Notes: generated from the letters alone by a model not told the origin. A DNA stretch of 61,528 bases, filler included, from 5 parts of 5 records of this genome joined end to end with filler, not necessarily neighbours in it, one strand, 5' to 3'. Counted from the whole stretch's first letter, positions 20,333 through 30,272 are shown. A program made the numbers and translations.

Positions 20333-20499
20333 TGAGGTGCCCCTAGTTTACTAGACACCTGCTTTGTTCATTTTCCTTTGTTTGAGTTCATAGTGAACTG
20401 GCGACAGCATGCCGTTGTTGGTGTGCTTGCGTGTCGGATTGTAGAACATCTCAATATATTCGAACACGTCCCGCCTTGCAGCGTCGCGTGTGAGGTATG
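20333..20499 (-). mobile_element. IS3-family right-end remnant
   Basis: IR-like TGAGGTGCCCCTAGTTTACTAGACACC; minus-strand translation YLTRDAARRDVFEYIEMFYNPTRKHTNNGMLSP (OrfB C-terminus). Confidence 0.85.
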
Positions 20500-20771
20500 A
20501 GGTGCTTGCTGCTCCTGAAGAACAACCCATTCTACTTCACCCGGGCCTGTCCGAAGTTTACCGCAATAAGGTGGCGAACCTCACAGAAGCGCTGAACGTT
20601 TCTGAGACGAAGGCCGAAGCAGCTGAATTGATGCGCAGCCTACTGTCAGAGACCCGGCTCACACCAGAAAGTGGTGAACTGTGCATTGATTTGGTTGGGG
20701 AGCTGGCGGGCTTGCTGGGGCTTTGCACAAACAAGAACACCCACAGCGTTTCAGCTGCGGGTGTTCTGTAA
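20500..20771 (+). pseudogene. C-terminal fragment of a large serine recombinase/integrase-like protein
   Basis: LLHPGLSEVYRNKVANLTEAL...EAAELMRSLL...IDLVGELAGLL; cut by the IS3 remnant and ending next to a tRNA-like sequence. Confidence 0.65.
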
Positions 20772-20774
20772 ATC

Positions 20775-20785
20775 TGGTTGCGGGA
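20775..20785 (-). other. Possible att core or tRNA 3' end (tRNA-Met-like), cut by the contig end
   Basis: TGGTTGCGGGA is the reverse complement of TCCCGCAACCA, a CCA-ending acceptor-stem strand; only 11 bp are visible. Confidence 0.5.
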
Positions 20786-20885
20786 NNNNNNNNNNNNNNN
20801 NNNNNNNNNNNNNNNNNNNNNNNNNNNNNTTAATTAATTAANNNNNNNNNNNNNNNNNNNNNNNNNNNNNNNNNNNNNNNNNNNN
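20786..20885. other. Artificial contig spacer
   Basis: N44-TTAATTAATTAA-N44. Confidence 0.99.
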
Positions 20886-21802
20886 TCACCTATACCGACT
20901 GGCAGCGCGACAATTTCTGGCGCGCGATCCTGTCGGTGACGGGGGCGGGTCAAGTGATCGGATATGAAGAAGATCACATGACTCTGCTAAACCTTAGCAA
21001 GCTTGACGGGTTCCTGGCGCCGAAAGGTAAAGTTGCGGTTAACGATTCGACCATGCACCAACGCATGCACAAATCGCCCGCAGAAATCGCCCTGATCCGC
21101 GAAGGTGCGCGGGTGGCGGATGTTGGCGGATATGCGATAAAAGATGCCATTAAACAAGGTGTTAGAGAGATCGACGTCGCGATGGCGGGACGGGACGCGA
21201 TGGAGGTTGAGATTGCCCGCGCATTTCCGGATGCCGAGTACAGGGATACATGGGTCTGGTTTCAATCAGGTTTAAACACCGACGGGGCGCACAACCCGGT
21301 TACCGCGCGGGTGCTGGGGCGGGGCGATATTCTGAGCCTCAACACCTTTCCGATGATTTCGGGCTATTACACCGCGCTGGAACGAACCCTGTTCGTGGGC
21401 GAGGTGGATGCGGCGTCGCTGAGCGTGTGGGAGGCCAATGTAGCAACCCATGAATACGGTATGTCGCTGCTGAAACCCGGTGTTACATGTTCTGAAATCA
21501 CGCACAAAATCAATGACTTCCTTCGGGAACGCGACCTTTTGAAATACCGCACCTTTGGGTATGGCCATTCGTTCGGCGTGCTGTCGCATTACTATGGCCG
21601 CGAGGCGGGGCTGGAGATGCGCGAGGATATCGACACCGTTCTGGAGCCGGGCATGGTGATTTCGATGGAGCCTATGTTGACCATTCCGGCAGGCCTGCCG
21701 GGGGCGGGCGGATACCGCGAACATGACATTCTGGTGGTCACAGAAGAGGGTGCCGAGGATATCACACACTATCCCTATGGACCCGATTTCAACGTCGTTT
21801 AA
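20886..21802 (+). CDS. Creatinase (M24 family), 5' truncated
   Basis: TYTDWQRDNFWRAI, WFQSGLNTDGAHN, FGYGHSFGVLSHYYGREAG, SMEPM, GYREHD. Confidence 0.92.
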
Positions 21803-21806
21803 CGGC

Positions 21807-21856
21807 ATGTGGAAACGGTATGGAAGGCGTATGGTTTCCGTATGGCTCGCGTATGG
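21807..21856. repeat. Direct repeats with an 11-bp period and GTATGG core
   Basis: GTATGG at 21818, 21829, 21840 and 21851, plus degenerate ATGTGG at 21807. Confidence 0.75.
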
Positions 21857-21968
21857 CTGAAATGAACCGGCAGGGCGCGCGGAATTTGCGCGCCCTGAGA
21901 GGGCCAGGACCCGCAGTTAAGGCCGGATTGCCACAACGCCCGGCGCTTTACGCGCAACGCGCGGTCGG

Positions 21969-22304
21969 TCAAACCCGGATGACGTAATCCTTGGTGGTGG
22001 TTTCAACCACCTCCCACGTGCCGACAAAACCGGGGCGGAGGATGAAGCTGTCACCGGTGCTGTAGGTCAGGGGTTGCTGGCCATCTTCGGTCAGGATCGA
22101 AACGCCCGAAAGGATGCGGCAGTATTCCCATTCGTCGTAGGAAATGCGCCATTTGCCCGGGGTCGCCTGCCAGATGCCGCAATAGAGGCCATCGCGATCC
22201 TCAAGGTTCCAGGTGGTGAATATTGGATCACCCGCGATCAGGCGGTCGGGGGCGGGGGCGTCGTGTTCGGGCGGGACCGAGGGGGTGACGGGAAGGATAT
22301 GCAT
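21969..22304 (-). CDS. Cupin domain protein (cupin_3/DUF861 type)
   Basis: GIWQATPGKWRISYDEWEYCRILSG...GDSFILRPGFVGTWEV. Confidence 0.88.
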   Translation of the reverse strand: MHILPVTPSVPPEHDAPAPDRLIAGDPIFTTWNLEDRDGLYCGIWQATPGKWRISYDEWEYCRILSGVSILTEDGQQPLTYSTGDSFILRPGFVGTWEVVETTTKDYVIRV

Positions 22305-22393
22305 CTGTCTGCTCCGGCTGGTGTGCAGGATCATTTGGCGGTGCTTTTGGAGCGGGTGCAAGAGGGCGATGCCCACCGTCCTTCGAGGCCCCG

Positions 22394-22418
22394 CCGGAGT
22401 ATTTTGGGACAGATGAAG
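22394..22418 (+). repeat. Dispersed intergenic REP-like element
   Basis: CCGGAGTATTTTGGGACAGATGAAG; related to copies at 48687 and 51327. Confidence 0.5.
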
Positions 22419-22483
22419 GCGTGCGGCTTGCCACGGGCGCGCGTGCTGCGCATGGTGCCGGGGCAATTTCGAGGGGCAAAGCC

Positions 22484-22831
22484 ATGATCGCGATCATTTT
22501 CGAAGTGATACCGGCGGAGGGGCGCAAGGAAGAATACCTGGATATCGCCGCCGCGATGCGGCCGATGGTCGAAGGGATCGAAGGATTTCTGTCGGTCGAA
22601 CGATTTCAGAGTCTGACCAATCCCGGCAAACTGCTGTCGATCAGTTTTTTTGAAGACGAGGCCGCGGTGGAACGGTGGCGGTGTTTACACGGCCATCGCA
22701 ATGCACAGGCGCGCGGACGCGAGGGTGTGTTTTCCGACTATCGGCTGAAGGTTTGCCACGTCATGCGGGACTACGGCATGTTCGACCGGAACGAGGCACC
22801 GCAGGACAGTCTGGCCGAACACGGCGGATAA
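22484..22831 (+). CDS. Antibiotic biosynthesis monooxygenase (ABM) family protein
   Basis: MIAIIFEV, GFLSVERFQSL, HRNAQARGREGVFSDYRL. Confidence 0.88.
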   Translation: MIAIIFEVIPAEGRKEEYLDIAAAMRPMVEGIEGFLSVERFQSLTNPGKLLSISFFEDEAAVERWRCLHGHRNAQARGREGVFSDYRLKVCHVMRDYGMFDRNEAPQDSLAEHGG

Positions 22832-22853
22832 CCGCGACATCCGAGCAGGCGTC

Positions 22854-22886
22854 AAAAAAGGCGCCCCCGGGGGCGGGAGCGCCTTT
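22854..22886 (-). terminator. Terminator between the convergent ABM and csbD genes
   Basis: AAAAAAGGCGC...GCGCCTTT. Confidence 0.6.
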
Positions 22887-22906
22887 AGATATATTAGATG
22901 TCGGGA

Positions 22907-23104
22907 TTAGTGGTTCGCGAGGAATTCGTCGACTTCCTTGCTCGCCTCTTCCTTGGTCTTGCCATAGGTGGCTTGAATTTTACCTTCGAGCACTTCGCGG
23001 TTGCCGGAGATTTCGGTCACGTCGTCGTCGGTGAGTTCGCCCCACTTTGCCTTGACGTTGCCAGTCATCTGTTTCCAGTTACCTTCGATTTGATCCCAGT
23101 TCAT
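22907..23104 (-). CDS. csbD: CsbD-family general stress protein
   Basis: MNWDQIEGNWKQMTGNVKAKWGELTDDD; AAAGGA RBS. Confidence 0.93.
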   Translation of the reverse strand: MNWDQIEGNWKQMTGNVKAKWGELTDDDVTEISGNREVLEGKIQATYGKTKEEASKEVDEFLANH

Positions 23105-23306
23105 GTCGTGTCCTTTCGGTGATGTCCGCCGCGCCGCGATTGCGGGCAGGCAGGCAGGTTGATGGGTACGCCGCATGCGGACAGTTTGCATCCAGCAGGG
23201 CGTTTCAGCATGGCGGTGCAATGGAGCACCCGATGGTTTGGGGTCCGACGCAGCGCCAAGGTTTGGGGCAGATGCCCCAGGGCGCGTCACGGTCGGCCTG
23301 TCGTGT

Positions 23307-23381
23307 TTAGCGCAATCCGAGGAAAGAGAGGATCACAAGAACGACGACGATCAGTCCGACGATGTAGATAATTCTGTTCAT
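23307..23381 (-). CDS. 24-aa single-TM small protein
   Basis: MNRIIYIVGLIVVVLVILSFLGLR*; AAGGG RBS; lies between an ECF promoter and csbD; below the ORF-track cutoff. Confidence 0.75.
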   Translation of the reverse strand: MNRIIYIVGLIVVVLVILSFLGLR

Positions 23382-23463
23382 GACGCGTGCCCTTATTCCG
23401 TATCAGTTGTATTTTTTGTAGCCGGGCCAGAGTGTTTGCCCGTCAATTGCTGTCTGCTGTTCC

Positions 23464-23489
23464 AACGTGCGGTATCGCCAATTGGTTCC
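23464..23489 (-). promoter_or_regulatory. EcfG (general stress sigma)-type promoter
   Basis: Minus strand GGAAC-N17-CGTT. Confidence 0.75.
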
Positions 23490-23507
23490 AACAAAGCCTG
23501 ATAAACG

Positions 23508-23536
23508 AAAAGGCGCTCCCGATCGGGAGCGCCTTT
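23508..23536 (-). terminator. Terminator downstream of tyrB
   Basis: AAAAGGCGCTCCC-GATC-GGGAGCGCCTTT. Confidence 0.7.
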
Positions 23537-23581
23537 GGTTTCTGGCATGTCGGGCTGTGCCCGGCCATATGGAGCGGCAGA

Positions 23582-24766
23582 TCAGATGCCGACGTCAACG
23601 ATGGCCTTGGCCAGGATCGGCACTGTCGTCTTGTTCAGGCCCGCGATGTTCAGGCGTGAATCGCCGACCATATAGATACCGTGATCAGCGCGCAGTTTTT
23701 CCACCATTTCCGGCGTGGTGCCGAGGCGCGAGAACATACCGCGGTGCTGGGCGATAAAGCCGAAGCGGTCAGACCCCGACAGCCGCCGCAGTTCCGAGGC
23801 CAGAAGTTCGCGCAGGTCCAGCATGGAATTGCGCACGGTTTCAAGTTCGGCCATCCAGTCGGCGCGCAGGGCGTCATCGTTCAACACCATGGAGACCAGC
23901 CGCGCGCCGTGATCGGGCGGAAAGCTAAAGTTTTGGCGGTTGAGAAAGTTCAGCGTGCTCTGGTTCAGGGTGCGCGCCGATGCGTCCTGGGACACGGCCA
24001 TCAGCAGGCCGGTACGTTCGCGGTAGATGCCAAAGTTTTTCGAACAGCTGGCCGCGATCAGGCATTCCGGCACCGAAGACGCCACGAGGCGGGTGGCGGC
24101 GGCGTCTTCCTCTAGGCCATCGCCAAAGCCCTGATAGGCAATGTCGATCATCGGGGTTGCGCCGGTTTTCAGCAGAAGGGCCACGACCTCTTTCCACTGG
24201 GCCATGTTCAGGTTGGCACCGGTGGGGTTGTGGCAGCAGCCGTGCAGCAGGACAACGTCGCCTTTTTTCGCCTGCGCGAGATCCGCGAGCATGCCGTCGA
24301 AATCGACACCACGGGTTTCACCGTCGAAATAGCGGTAGGGGACCATCGGGATCCCCATGTGTTTGAGGATCGACAGATGGTTCGGCCAGGTCGGGTTGCT
24401 GACAAAAACGCGAACGTCGGGGTTGGCCTGACGGATCATGTCAAAGCCCTGACGCACGGCCCCGGTGCCGCCCGGCTGCGCGGCGGCAGCAACATTGGCG
24501 CGCGGCACGGAATCGCCCAGCACCAGAGCGACCATGGCATCGCCAAAGGCCGGATCACCGGCAAGGCCGGTATAGGCCTTGGTTTGCTGGACTTCCCACA
24601 GCTGCTGTTCCGCCTGTTTGACGGCGCGCATGATCGGGGTATTGCCGCTGGCATCCTTGTAGACGCCGACGCCAAGGTCGATCTTGGTTTCGCGCGGATC
24701 CTCTTTGTAGGCCTGCATCAGCATGAGGATCTTGTCGGCGGGTTGTTCTTTGAGGGTCTCGAACAT
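23582..24766 (-). CDS. tyrB: Aromatic amino acid aminotransferase
   Basis: IDLGVGVYKD, LHGCCHNPTG, DIAYQGF, SCSKNFGIYRERTG. Confidence 0.92.
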   Translation of the reverse strand: MFETLKEQPADKILMLMQAYKEDPRETKIDLGVGVYKDASGNTPIMRAVKQAEQQLWEVQQTKAYTGLAGDPAFGDAMVALVLGDSVPRANVAAAAQPGGTGAVRQGFDMIRQANPDVRVFVSNPTWPNHLSILKHMGIPMVPYRYFDGETRGVDFDGMLADLAQAKKGDVVLLHGCCHNPTGANLNMAQWKEVVALLLKTGATPMIDIAYQGFGDGLEEDAAATRLVASSVPECLIAASCSKNFGIYRERTGLLMAVSQDASARTLNQSTLNFLNRQNFSFPPDHGARLVSMVLNDDALRADWMAELETVRNSMLDLRELLASELRRLSGSDRFGFIAQHRGMFSRLGTTPEMVEKLRADHGIYMVGDSRLNIAGLNKTTVPILAKAIVDVGI

Positions 24767-25638
24767 CAGGTGTCTCCGGTGGTGGCGGGTCCGGTTGCAA
24801 CCGGGACGGTGGGGAACATGCCCCATTCGGTCCAGGACCCGTCGTAAAGGGAATGATCAGTCTTGCCGATACGCTCCATCGCGAGCGACAGGATCGCGGC
24901 GGTAACGCCGGACCCGCAGGTCGTGATCGCGGGTTTGGAAAGGTCCGCGCCTGCGGCGGCAAAGGTCGCGCGCAGGGCGTCGGAGTCTTTCATCGTGCCA
25001 TCGGCGTTCAGCAGCGTGGCGTAATGCACGTTCCTTGAACCCGGGATGTGCCCGGCGCGCAGACCGGGGCGCGGTTCGGCGGCTTCACCGCGAAAGCGGG
25101 CGGGGGCACGGGCATCAAGGATTTCGTAATCGCCAAGTTTGGACGCGGCGGCGACCTGAGTCACATCCTTGACCAGATGGTTCTGGCGGCGGACGGTCAT
25201 ATGGCGGTCGCGGATGACGGGGGGCATGTCTTCGACCGCGCGGCCCTCGGCCTGCCATTTGGCAAGACCACCGTCGAGCACGGCCACATCCGTTTGCCCC
25301 ATCAGGCGAAACAACCACCAGACACGCGCTGCGGAAAACAGACCGACGCTGTCGTAAATCACGACCTGATGCCCGTCACCGACGCCCAGCGCCCGCAGGC
25401 GGGACATGAATTTTTCGATCGGGGGGGCCATGTGGGGCAGGTCCGAACGGCTGTCGCTGATATCGTCGATATCAAAGAAACGCGCGCCCGGAATGTGTAC
25501 AGTGTCGAATTCCGCGCGGCCATCGCGCCCTGCATCGGGCAAGTGCCAGCTGGCATCGAGGATGCGCAGGTCCGGGTCCTTGAGATGCCGGGCCAGCCAG
25601 TCTGTCGAGACCAGCGTTCTGGGATCGTCTTGGGCCAT
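24766..25638 (-). CDS. sseA: 3-mercaptopyruvate sulfurtransferase
   Basis: Two rhodanese domains, HIPGARFFD, CGSGVTA, YDGSWTEW. Confidence 0.95.
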   Translation of the reverse strand: MAQDDPRTLVSTDWLARHLKDPDLRILDASWHLPDAGRDGRAEFDTVHIPGARFFDIDDISDSRSDLPHMAPPIEKFMSRLRALGVGDGHQVVIYDSVGLFSAARVWWLFRLMGQTDVAVLDGGLAKWQAEGRAVEDMPPVIRDRHMTVRRQNHLVKDVTQVAAASKLGDYEILDARAPARFRGEAAEPRPGLRAGHIPGSRNVHYATLLNADGTMKDSDALRATFAAAGADLSKPAITTCGSGVTAAILSLAMERIGKTDHSLYDGSWTEWGMFPTVPVATGPATTGDT

Positions 25639-25823
25639 CAGTTCCCCCATAAGAAGCTGGCCCTGTGCATATTCCGCAAGGGCAGGAGTGGCAAGGGGCG
25701 GTTGGGAGTGGTTGGGGTTGAACTGTGGTTTCGCTGGGAGGGTGCGTTAGGGTAATCATATTGCGGTTGACCGTCCCGGTCCCGACAAGTCACCCTGCGC
25801 CCATTCCAGACCGAGAGAGTAAT

Positions 25824-26219
25824 ATGGCACAGCGACCAATCTTCCCTGCCGGGTCACAGGCAACAGCGGCGCAGATCAAGGTGTCGCCGGGCATCATTTC
25901 CGGCAACCATGTCTTCTTAACCGGAATGACGGGAAGCGGGCCTGACGGTTTGATGCCTGAAAATCTGGAAGACCAGTTTCGACAGGCATTTGGAAAAATT
26001 GGCGCGGTGCTTGGGGAGACTGGTCTGGGATTTGGTTCGATTGTCGAGATGACAACCTATCATGTCGGCTTGCGCGACCACTTTGACCTATTCAACGCTA
26101 TTCGCGCGGAATATGTGACCGAGCCATTTCCAGCTTGGACAGCAGTCGAGGTCGCGGGCTTACGCAGAGAGGGCGCGATGGTTGAGATCAGGGTTGTGGC
26201 ATTCATAGGAACAGACTGA
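25824..26219 (+). CDS. RidA/Rid-family protein
   Basis: VFLTGMTG and FPAWTAVEVAGL..EGAMVEI. Confidence 0.85.
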   Translation: MAQRPIFPAGSQATAAQIKVSPGIISGNHVFLTGMTGSGPDGLMPENLEDQFRQAFGKIGAVLGETGLGFGSIVEMTTYHVGLRDHFDLFNAIRAEYVTEPFPAWTAVEVAGLRREGAMVEIRVVAFIGTD

Positions 26220-26353
26220 CGTCCTGGGTTTCAAAAGCTGAAAGCCTTCGCCTTAGGCGATGCCGCGACAGATTTAACGTCTTTCATTGACTTGTGGCGA
26301 CATCGCGCCAGAACCTGTCATGGAAATCAGGGCAACGGAACGGGATCGGCCAG

Positions 26354-27082
26354 ATGACAGATGTGGTCCTGATACTGGGCAGCGGGCCGGATGCGCCCGA
26401 GGCGTTGACCTATGCCGCTGATGCCTTTGACGCGCGGGTCTGCATCAACAATGCCTGGCGGGTGCGGGCCGACTGGACGCATCTGATATACCCCGAGGAT
26501 TTTCCAACAGATCGCCGCCCGCCCGAGGTATCCGCATCCCAAAGGCCGGTGACGGCAGAGGAGTTCGTTCCGGCGCAGAATGCCTTTGGCGGGTTCGTCT
26601 ATGGCGGGGGCACAATGGCCTTTACCGCCGGATATTGGGCGCTGCACGTGCTGCGGCCCCGGGTGATTGCCTATCTGGGGTGTAACATGGTCTATCCCGC
26701 GCGGGGCAACACGCATTTCTATGGCAACGGCACGGCGGACCCGTTGCGGGACGACCCCACCCTGCAAAGCCTGCGCGCGAAATCGGCGCGGTTGCAGATC
26801 ATGGCCAGCCGTCAGGGGTGCGCCGTGGTCAACCTGTCACGCGCGCCAAGCCGTCTGGTCAGCCCGCGCGCCATGGTCGATGCGTTGCGCACCCTGCCGC
26901 CACCAGAAGCCATGCCCCACACCCCGGCGGATTCTGAGGAGGCGCGGCTGGGGTATTTCGTCAAAACAGGACGGTACTGGGAAGAACCTGAAGCCTATGA
27001 CAGGTCGGACCTGCGTGCGCTGGATCTGATGTGGCTGCAGGCATGGCGAAGACGGGCGAGTCAGTCAGCCGTTCTGGCGTAG
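26354..27082 (+). CDS. Conserved hypothetical protein with a Rossmann-like fold (sialyltransferase/Maf-like motifs)
   Basis: [37 protein letters not shown]. Confidence 0.65.
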   Translation: MTDVVLILGSGPDAPEALTYAADAFDARVCINNAWRVRADWTHLIYPEDFPTDRRPPEVSASQRPVTAEEFVPAQNAFGGFVYGGGTMAFTAGYWALHVLRPRVIAYLGCNMVYPARGNTHFYGNGTADPLRDDPTLQSLRAKSARLQIMASRQGCAVVNLSRAPSRLVSPRAMVDALRTLPPPEAMPHTPADSEEARLGYFVKTGRYWEEPEAYDRSDLRALDLMWLQAWRRRASQSAVLA

Positions 27083-27538
27083 CAGGCGGGCCTTTTGACG
27101 GCCCCAGTCACGCTTGGCATCGGTTTCCCGCTTGTCGTGGTTCTTTTTACCCTTGGCGATGCCGATCTTAATCTTGGCGATGCCTTTGTGGTTAAAGTAC
27201 ATCACAAGCGGGACCAGGGTCATGCCCTTGCGCTGGGTTTCATTCCATAGGCGGGCCAATTCCTTGCGCGACACCAGCAGCTTGCGGCGACGGCGTTCCT
27301 CGTGGCCGAACATGGCGCGATCGTAGGGTGCGATATAGGAATTCACCAGCCAAAGTTCGCCCTGATCGACGGTCGCATAGCTTTCGGCGATGTTGCACGA
27401 ATTTTCACGCAGGGATTTGACCTCGGATCCTTGCAGGATGACGCCGCATTCGATGTCATCCTCGATCGCATAGTCATAGCGCGCCCTGCGGTTTTCCGAG
27501 AGCACCTTGTAGTTGGGATCTGATTTGGTCTGTGCCAT
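27065..27538 (-). CDS. smpB: SsrA-binding protein
   Basis: [37 protein letters not shown]. Confidence 0.97.
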   Translation of the reverse strand: MAQTKSDPNYKVLSENRRARYDYAIEDDIECGVILQGSEVKSLRENSCNIAESYATVDQGELWLVNSYIAPYDRAMFGHEERRRRKLLVSRKELARLWNETQRKGMTLVPLVMYFNHKGIAKIKIGIAKGKKNHDKRETDAKRDWGRQKARLLRQNG

Positions 27539-27719
27539 GGACGCGGGTGATACCTAAGCGGGGGTGGTGTGTCCATCACAGATAGGGGCTTTGGTGTGTG
27601 GTCCAAGGGGGGCGTGCTGACTTCGGTTCCCGAAGTCACGACCGTAAGACGCCGCCCGGCGGCATTATGTGCCTTGATGCCGGGCTGGTCTGTTGTTTGG
27701 GGCTATCAGCGCTGACCGA

Positions 27720-28079
27720 TCAACTCCCCCGATAGGTGGAGTATCCGAAGGGCGAGAGCAGGAGTGGCACGTGGTAATGCGCCTCGTCGTCCGACACGCC
27801 AAAGCGAAGCGGGATGGTGCTGAGGAAACGCGGCTCTTCTGGTGCGACGCCGCTGGCATCCAGATAGGCGGCACAGTCGAATATCAGTTCATATATGCCC
27901 GCCGTCATCTGGCCCGCGGGCAGGATCGGCGCATCGGTGCGCCCGTCTGCGTTGGTCACCGCCTCGGCGATCTTGGTGTGGGCAGTGCCGTTGACACGAT
28001 ACAGCGTGACGGTGATGCCCTGCGCCGGCATCCCCCGCGCTGTATCAAGGACATGGGTGGTAAGATAACCGTTGGGCAT
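27720..28079 (-). CDS. uraH: 5-hydroxyisourate hydrolase
   Basis: LTTHVLD, TNADGR, HYHVPLLLSPFGYSTYRGS. Confidence 0.96.
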   Translation of the reverse strand: MPNGYLTTHVLDTARGMPAQGITVTLYRVNGTAHTKIAEAVTNADGRTDAPILPAGQMTAGIYELIFDCAAYLDASGVAPEEPRFLSTIPLRFGVSDDEAHYHVPLLLSPFGYSTYRGS

Positions 28080-28233
28080 GACATGCTCCTCTCTGGGGCG
28101 AAGACCGCAATACTGGCGCAAGGATGATCAATCCGCCACATCTGTGCAGTGGTGAAGGTCCTTTCGGAAAAAATTGAAAATGCCGGGCAGATTTCTGCAT
28201 TATGGCTGAAAGTTAATACAGAAGGGGTGAAGG

Positions 28234-29646
28234 ATGCAAAGGTATCCGCGCGACATGACCGGCTATGGGGCCAACCCGCCAGCGGCGCAGTGGCCGGGCG
28301 GCGCAAAGGTCGCCGTGCAGTTTGTCGTGAACTACGAAGAGGGTGGCGAGAATAACATCCTGCATGGCGATTCCGCATCCGAGGCGTTCCTGTCGGATAT
28401 CGCCGGCGCGGCACCCTGGGTTGGGCAGCGCCATTGGAACATGGAATCGATCTATGACTATGGCGCGCGGGCCGGGTTCTGGCGGCTGCACCGGCTGTTC
28501 ACCGGGGCCGACATTCCGGTCACGATCTATGGCGTTGCCTCGGCCCTTGCCCGCAGCCCGGTTCAGGTCGAGGCAATGAAAGATGCCGAGTGGGAAATCG
28601 CGTCGCATGGCCTAAAATGGGTCGAACACCGCGACATGCCCGAGGAAGAAGAGCGCGCGGCCATTGCCGAGGCGATCCGCCTGCATACCGAGGTGGTCGG
28701 CACGCCGCCCAAGGGCTGGTATACGGGTCGCAGTTCGCTCAACACCGTGCGGCTGGTCGCCGAGACGGGTGCAATCGATTACATCAGTGACACCTATGAC
28801 GACGACCTGCCCTATTGGGCGCGGATCGGTGGGCGCGATCAGCTGATCATTCCCTATACCCTCGAAGCGAACGACATGCGGTTCGCCACCGCGCCGGGCT
28901 ATATCACCGGCGAACAGTTCTATCAGTATTTGAAAGACGCCTTTGACGTGCTTTATGCCGAAGGGACTGACGGCGCGCCCAAGATTATGAGCATTGGCCT
29001 GCACTGCCGCCTGATCGGACGTCCAGGCAAGCTGGCAGGCCTGAAACGTTTCGTCGACTATATTCAGGGGTTCGATGACGTCTGGTGCCCGCGCCGCATC
29101 GACATTGCGCGCCACTGGGCCGAAACCCACCCCCCCGTGACGCGCGAACGGCCCAGCGAAATGGATCTGACAACTTTCGTCACCCGCTATGGCGGCATCT
29201 ATGAACATTCGCCGTGGGTCGCCGAACGTGCCCACGGGCTTGAACTCGGCCCCGCCCACGACAGCGCCGCAGGTATGTCAAACGCCCTGGCGCGGATGTT
29301 CCGATCCGCCTCTGACGAGGAGCGGATGGGCGTGCTGAAGGCGCACCCGGATCTGGCGGGCAAACTGGCGGCGGCGAAACGGCTGACGGCCGAGTCGACC
29401 GAAGAACAGGCCAGTGCCGGTCTTGACGCGCTGACGGACGATGAACGTACAATGTTCACCGAATTGAACGATGCCTACGTCGCCCGGCACGGCTTTCCCT
29501 TTATCATCGCGGTGCGCGACAACACGAAGGCGACGATCCTCGCGGCATTTGAACGCCGGGTGAGCAACGACACGAAAACCGAGTTCGCCGAGGCCTGTGC
29601 CCAGGTCGAACGCATCGCCCGCCTGCGGTTGGAGACCCTGCTTTGA
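28234..29646 (+). CDS. puuE: Allantoinase PuuE fused to a C-terminal OHCU decarboxylase domain
   Basis: VVNYEEGGE, ESIYDYGARAGFWRL, GLHCRL; then YEHSPWVA, AHPDLAG, STEEQASAGL, HGFPFIIAVR. Confidence 0.93.
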   Translation: MQRYPRDMTGYGANPPAAQWPGGAKVAVQFVVNYEEGGENNILHGDSASEAFLSDIAGAAPWVGQRHWNMESIYDYGARAGFWRLHRLFTGADIPVTIYGVASALARSPVQVEAMKDAEWEIASHGLKWVEHRDMPEEEERAAIAEAIRLHTEVVGTPPKGWYTGRSSLNTVRLVAETGAIDYISDTYDDDLPYWARIGGRDQLIIPYTLEANDMRFATAPGYITGEQFYQYLKDAFDVLYAEGTDGAPKIMSIGLHCRLIGRPGKLAGLKRFVDYIQGFDDVWCPRRIDIARHWAETHPPVTRERPSEMDLTTFVTRYGGIYEHSPWVAERAHGLELGPAHDSAAGMSNALARMFRSASDEERMGVLKAHPDLAGKLAAAKRLTAESTEEQASAGLDALTDDERTMFTELNDAYVARHGFPFIIAVRDNTKATILAAFERRVSNDTKTEFAEACAQVERIARLRLETLL

Positions 29647-30272
29647 CCTATGCCTTTCCCGCCGGCGGCCTGCCGGACCAGACCGTCGATCCCACGGGCC
29701 GCGCGGTGTTCACCACGGCCTATGCATTCATCCCAGCAATCACCATGCGCGACATCGTGACCAGCGCCCTACCCGGCTGGATGCATACCCGCGCCTGGAT
29801 TCTGGCGCGGCCCCTGACCGGGTTTGCCGAAACCTTTGCGCAATATGCGGTCGAAGTCGCCCCCGGCGGCGGGTCGGACACCCCGGAACCCGACAACGGC
29901 GCGCAAGCCGTGTTGTTGGTGGCGAGCGGCGAGATGCATCTAAAGGTCGACGGGGTCGACCATGCGCTGAGCGATGGCGGCTATGCCTATATCGCGCCGG
30001 GGGCCAGCTGGCGGGTTACGAACCCCGGTCAGACGCCGCTGCAATTCCACTGGATCCGCAAACGCTATAATGCTGCGCCGGGACTGGATGCGCCCGAGAG
30101 TTTTGTCACCTCGGACCGGGTGGTTGACCCCACACCGATGCCCGATACCGACAAATGGGCCACGACCCGGTTTGTTGCGCCCACCGACCTGCGCCACGAC
30201 ATGCAAGCCAATATCGTGACCTTTCACCCGGGCGGGCGCATCCCCTTTGCCGAAACCCATGTGATGGAACAC
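29643..30272 (+). CDS. (S)-ureidoglycine aminohydrolase (bicupin), 3' truncated
   Basis: DIVTSALPGW, ARPLTGFAETFAQY, FHWIRK, PFAETHVMEH. Confidence 0.9.

Noticed and set aside
20128-20358. 76-aa ORF as an intact gene
   Set aside because: It is a chimera of the IS3 terminal repeat and an istB fragment.
20775-20785. Complete tRNA gene
   Set aside because: Only 11 bp are visible before the gap.
21807-21856. Mini-CRISPR array
   Set aside because: A 6-bp core with 5-bp linkers is far too short, and there are no cas genes.
27539-27719. tmRNA or other ncRNA next to smpB
   Set aside because: No tRNA-like ends or tag frame; only a small hairpin (TGACTTCGG-TTC-CCGAAGTCA).
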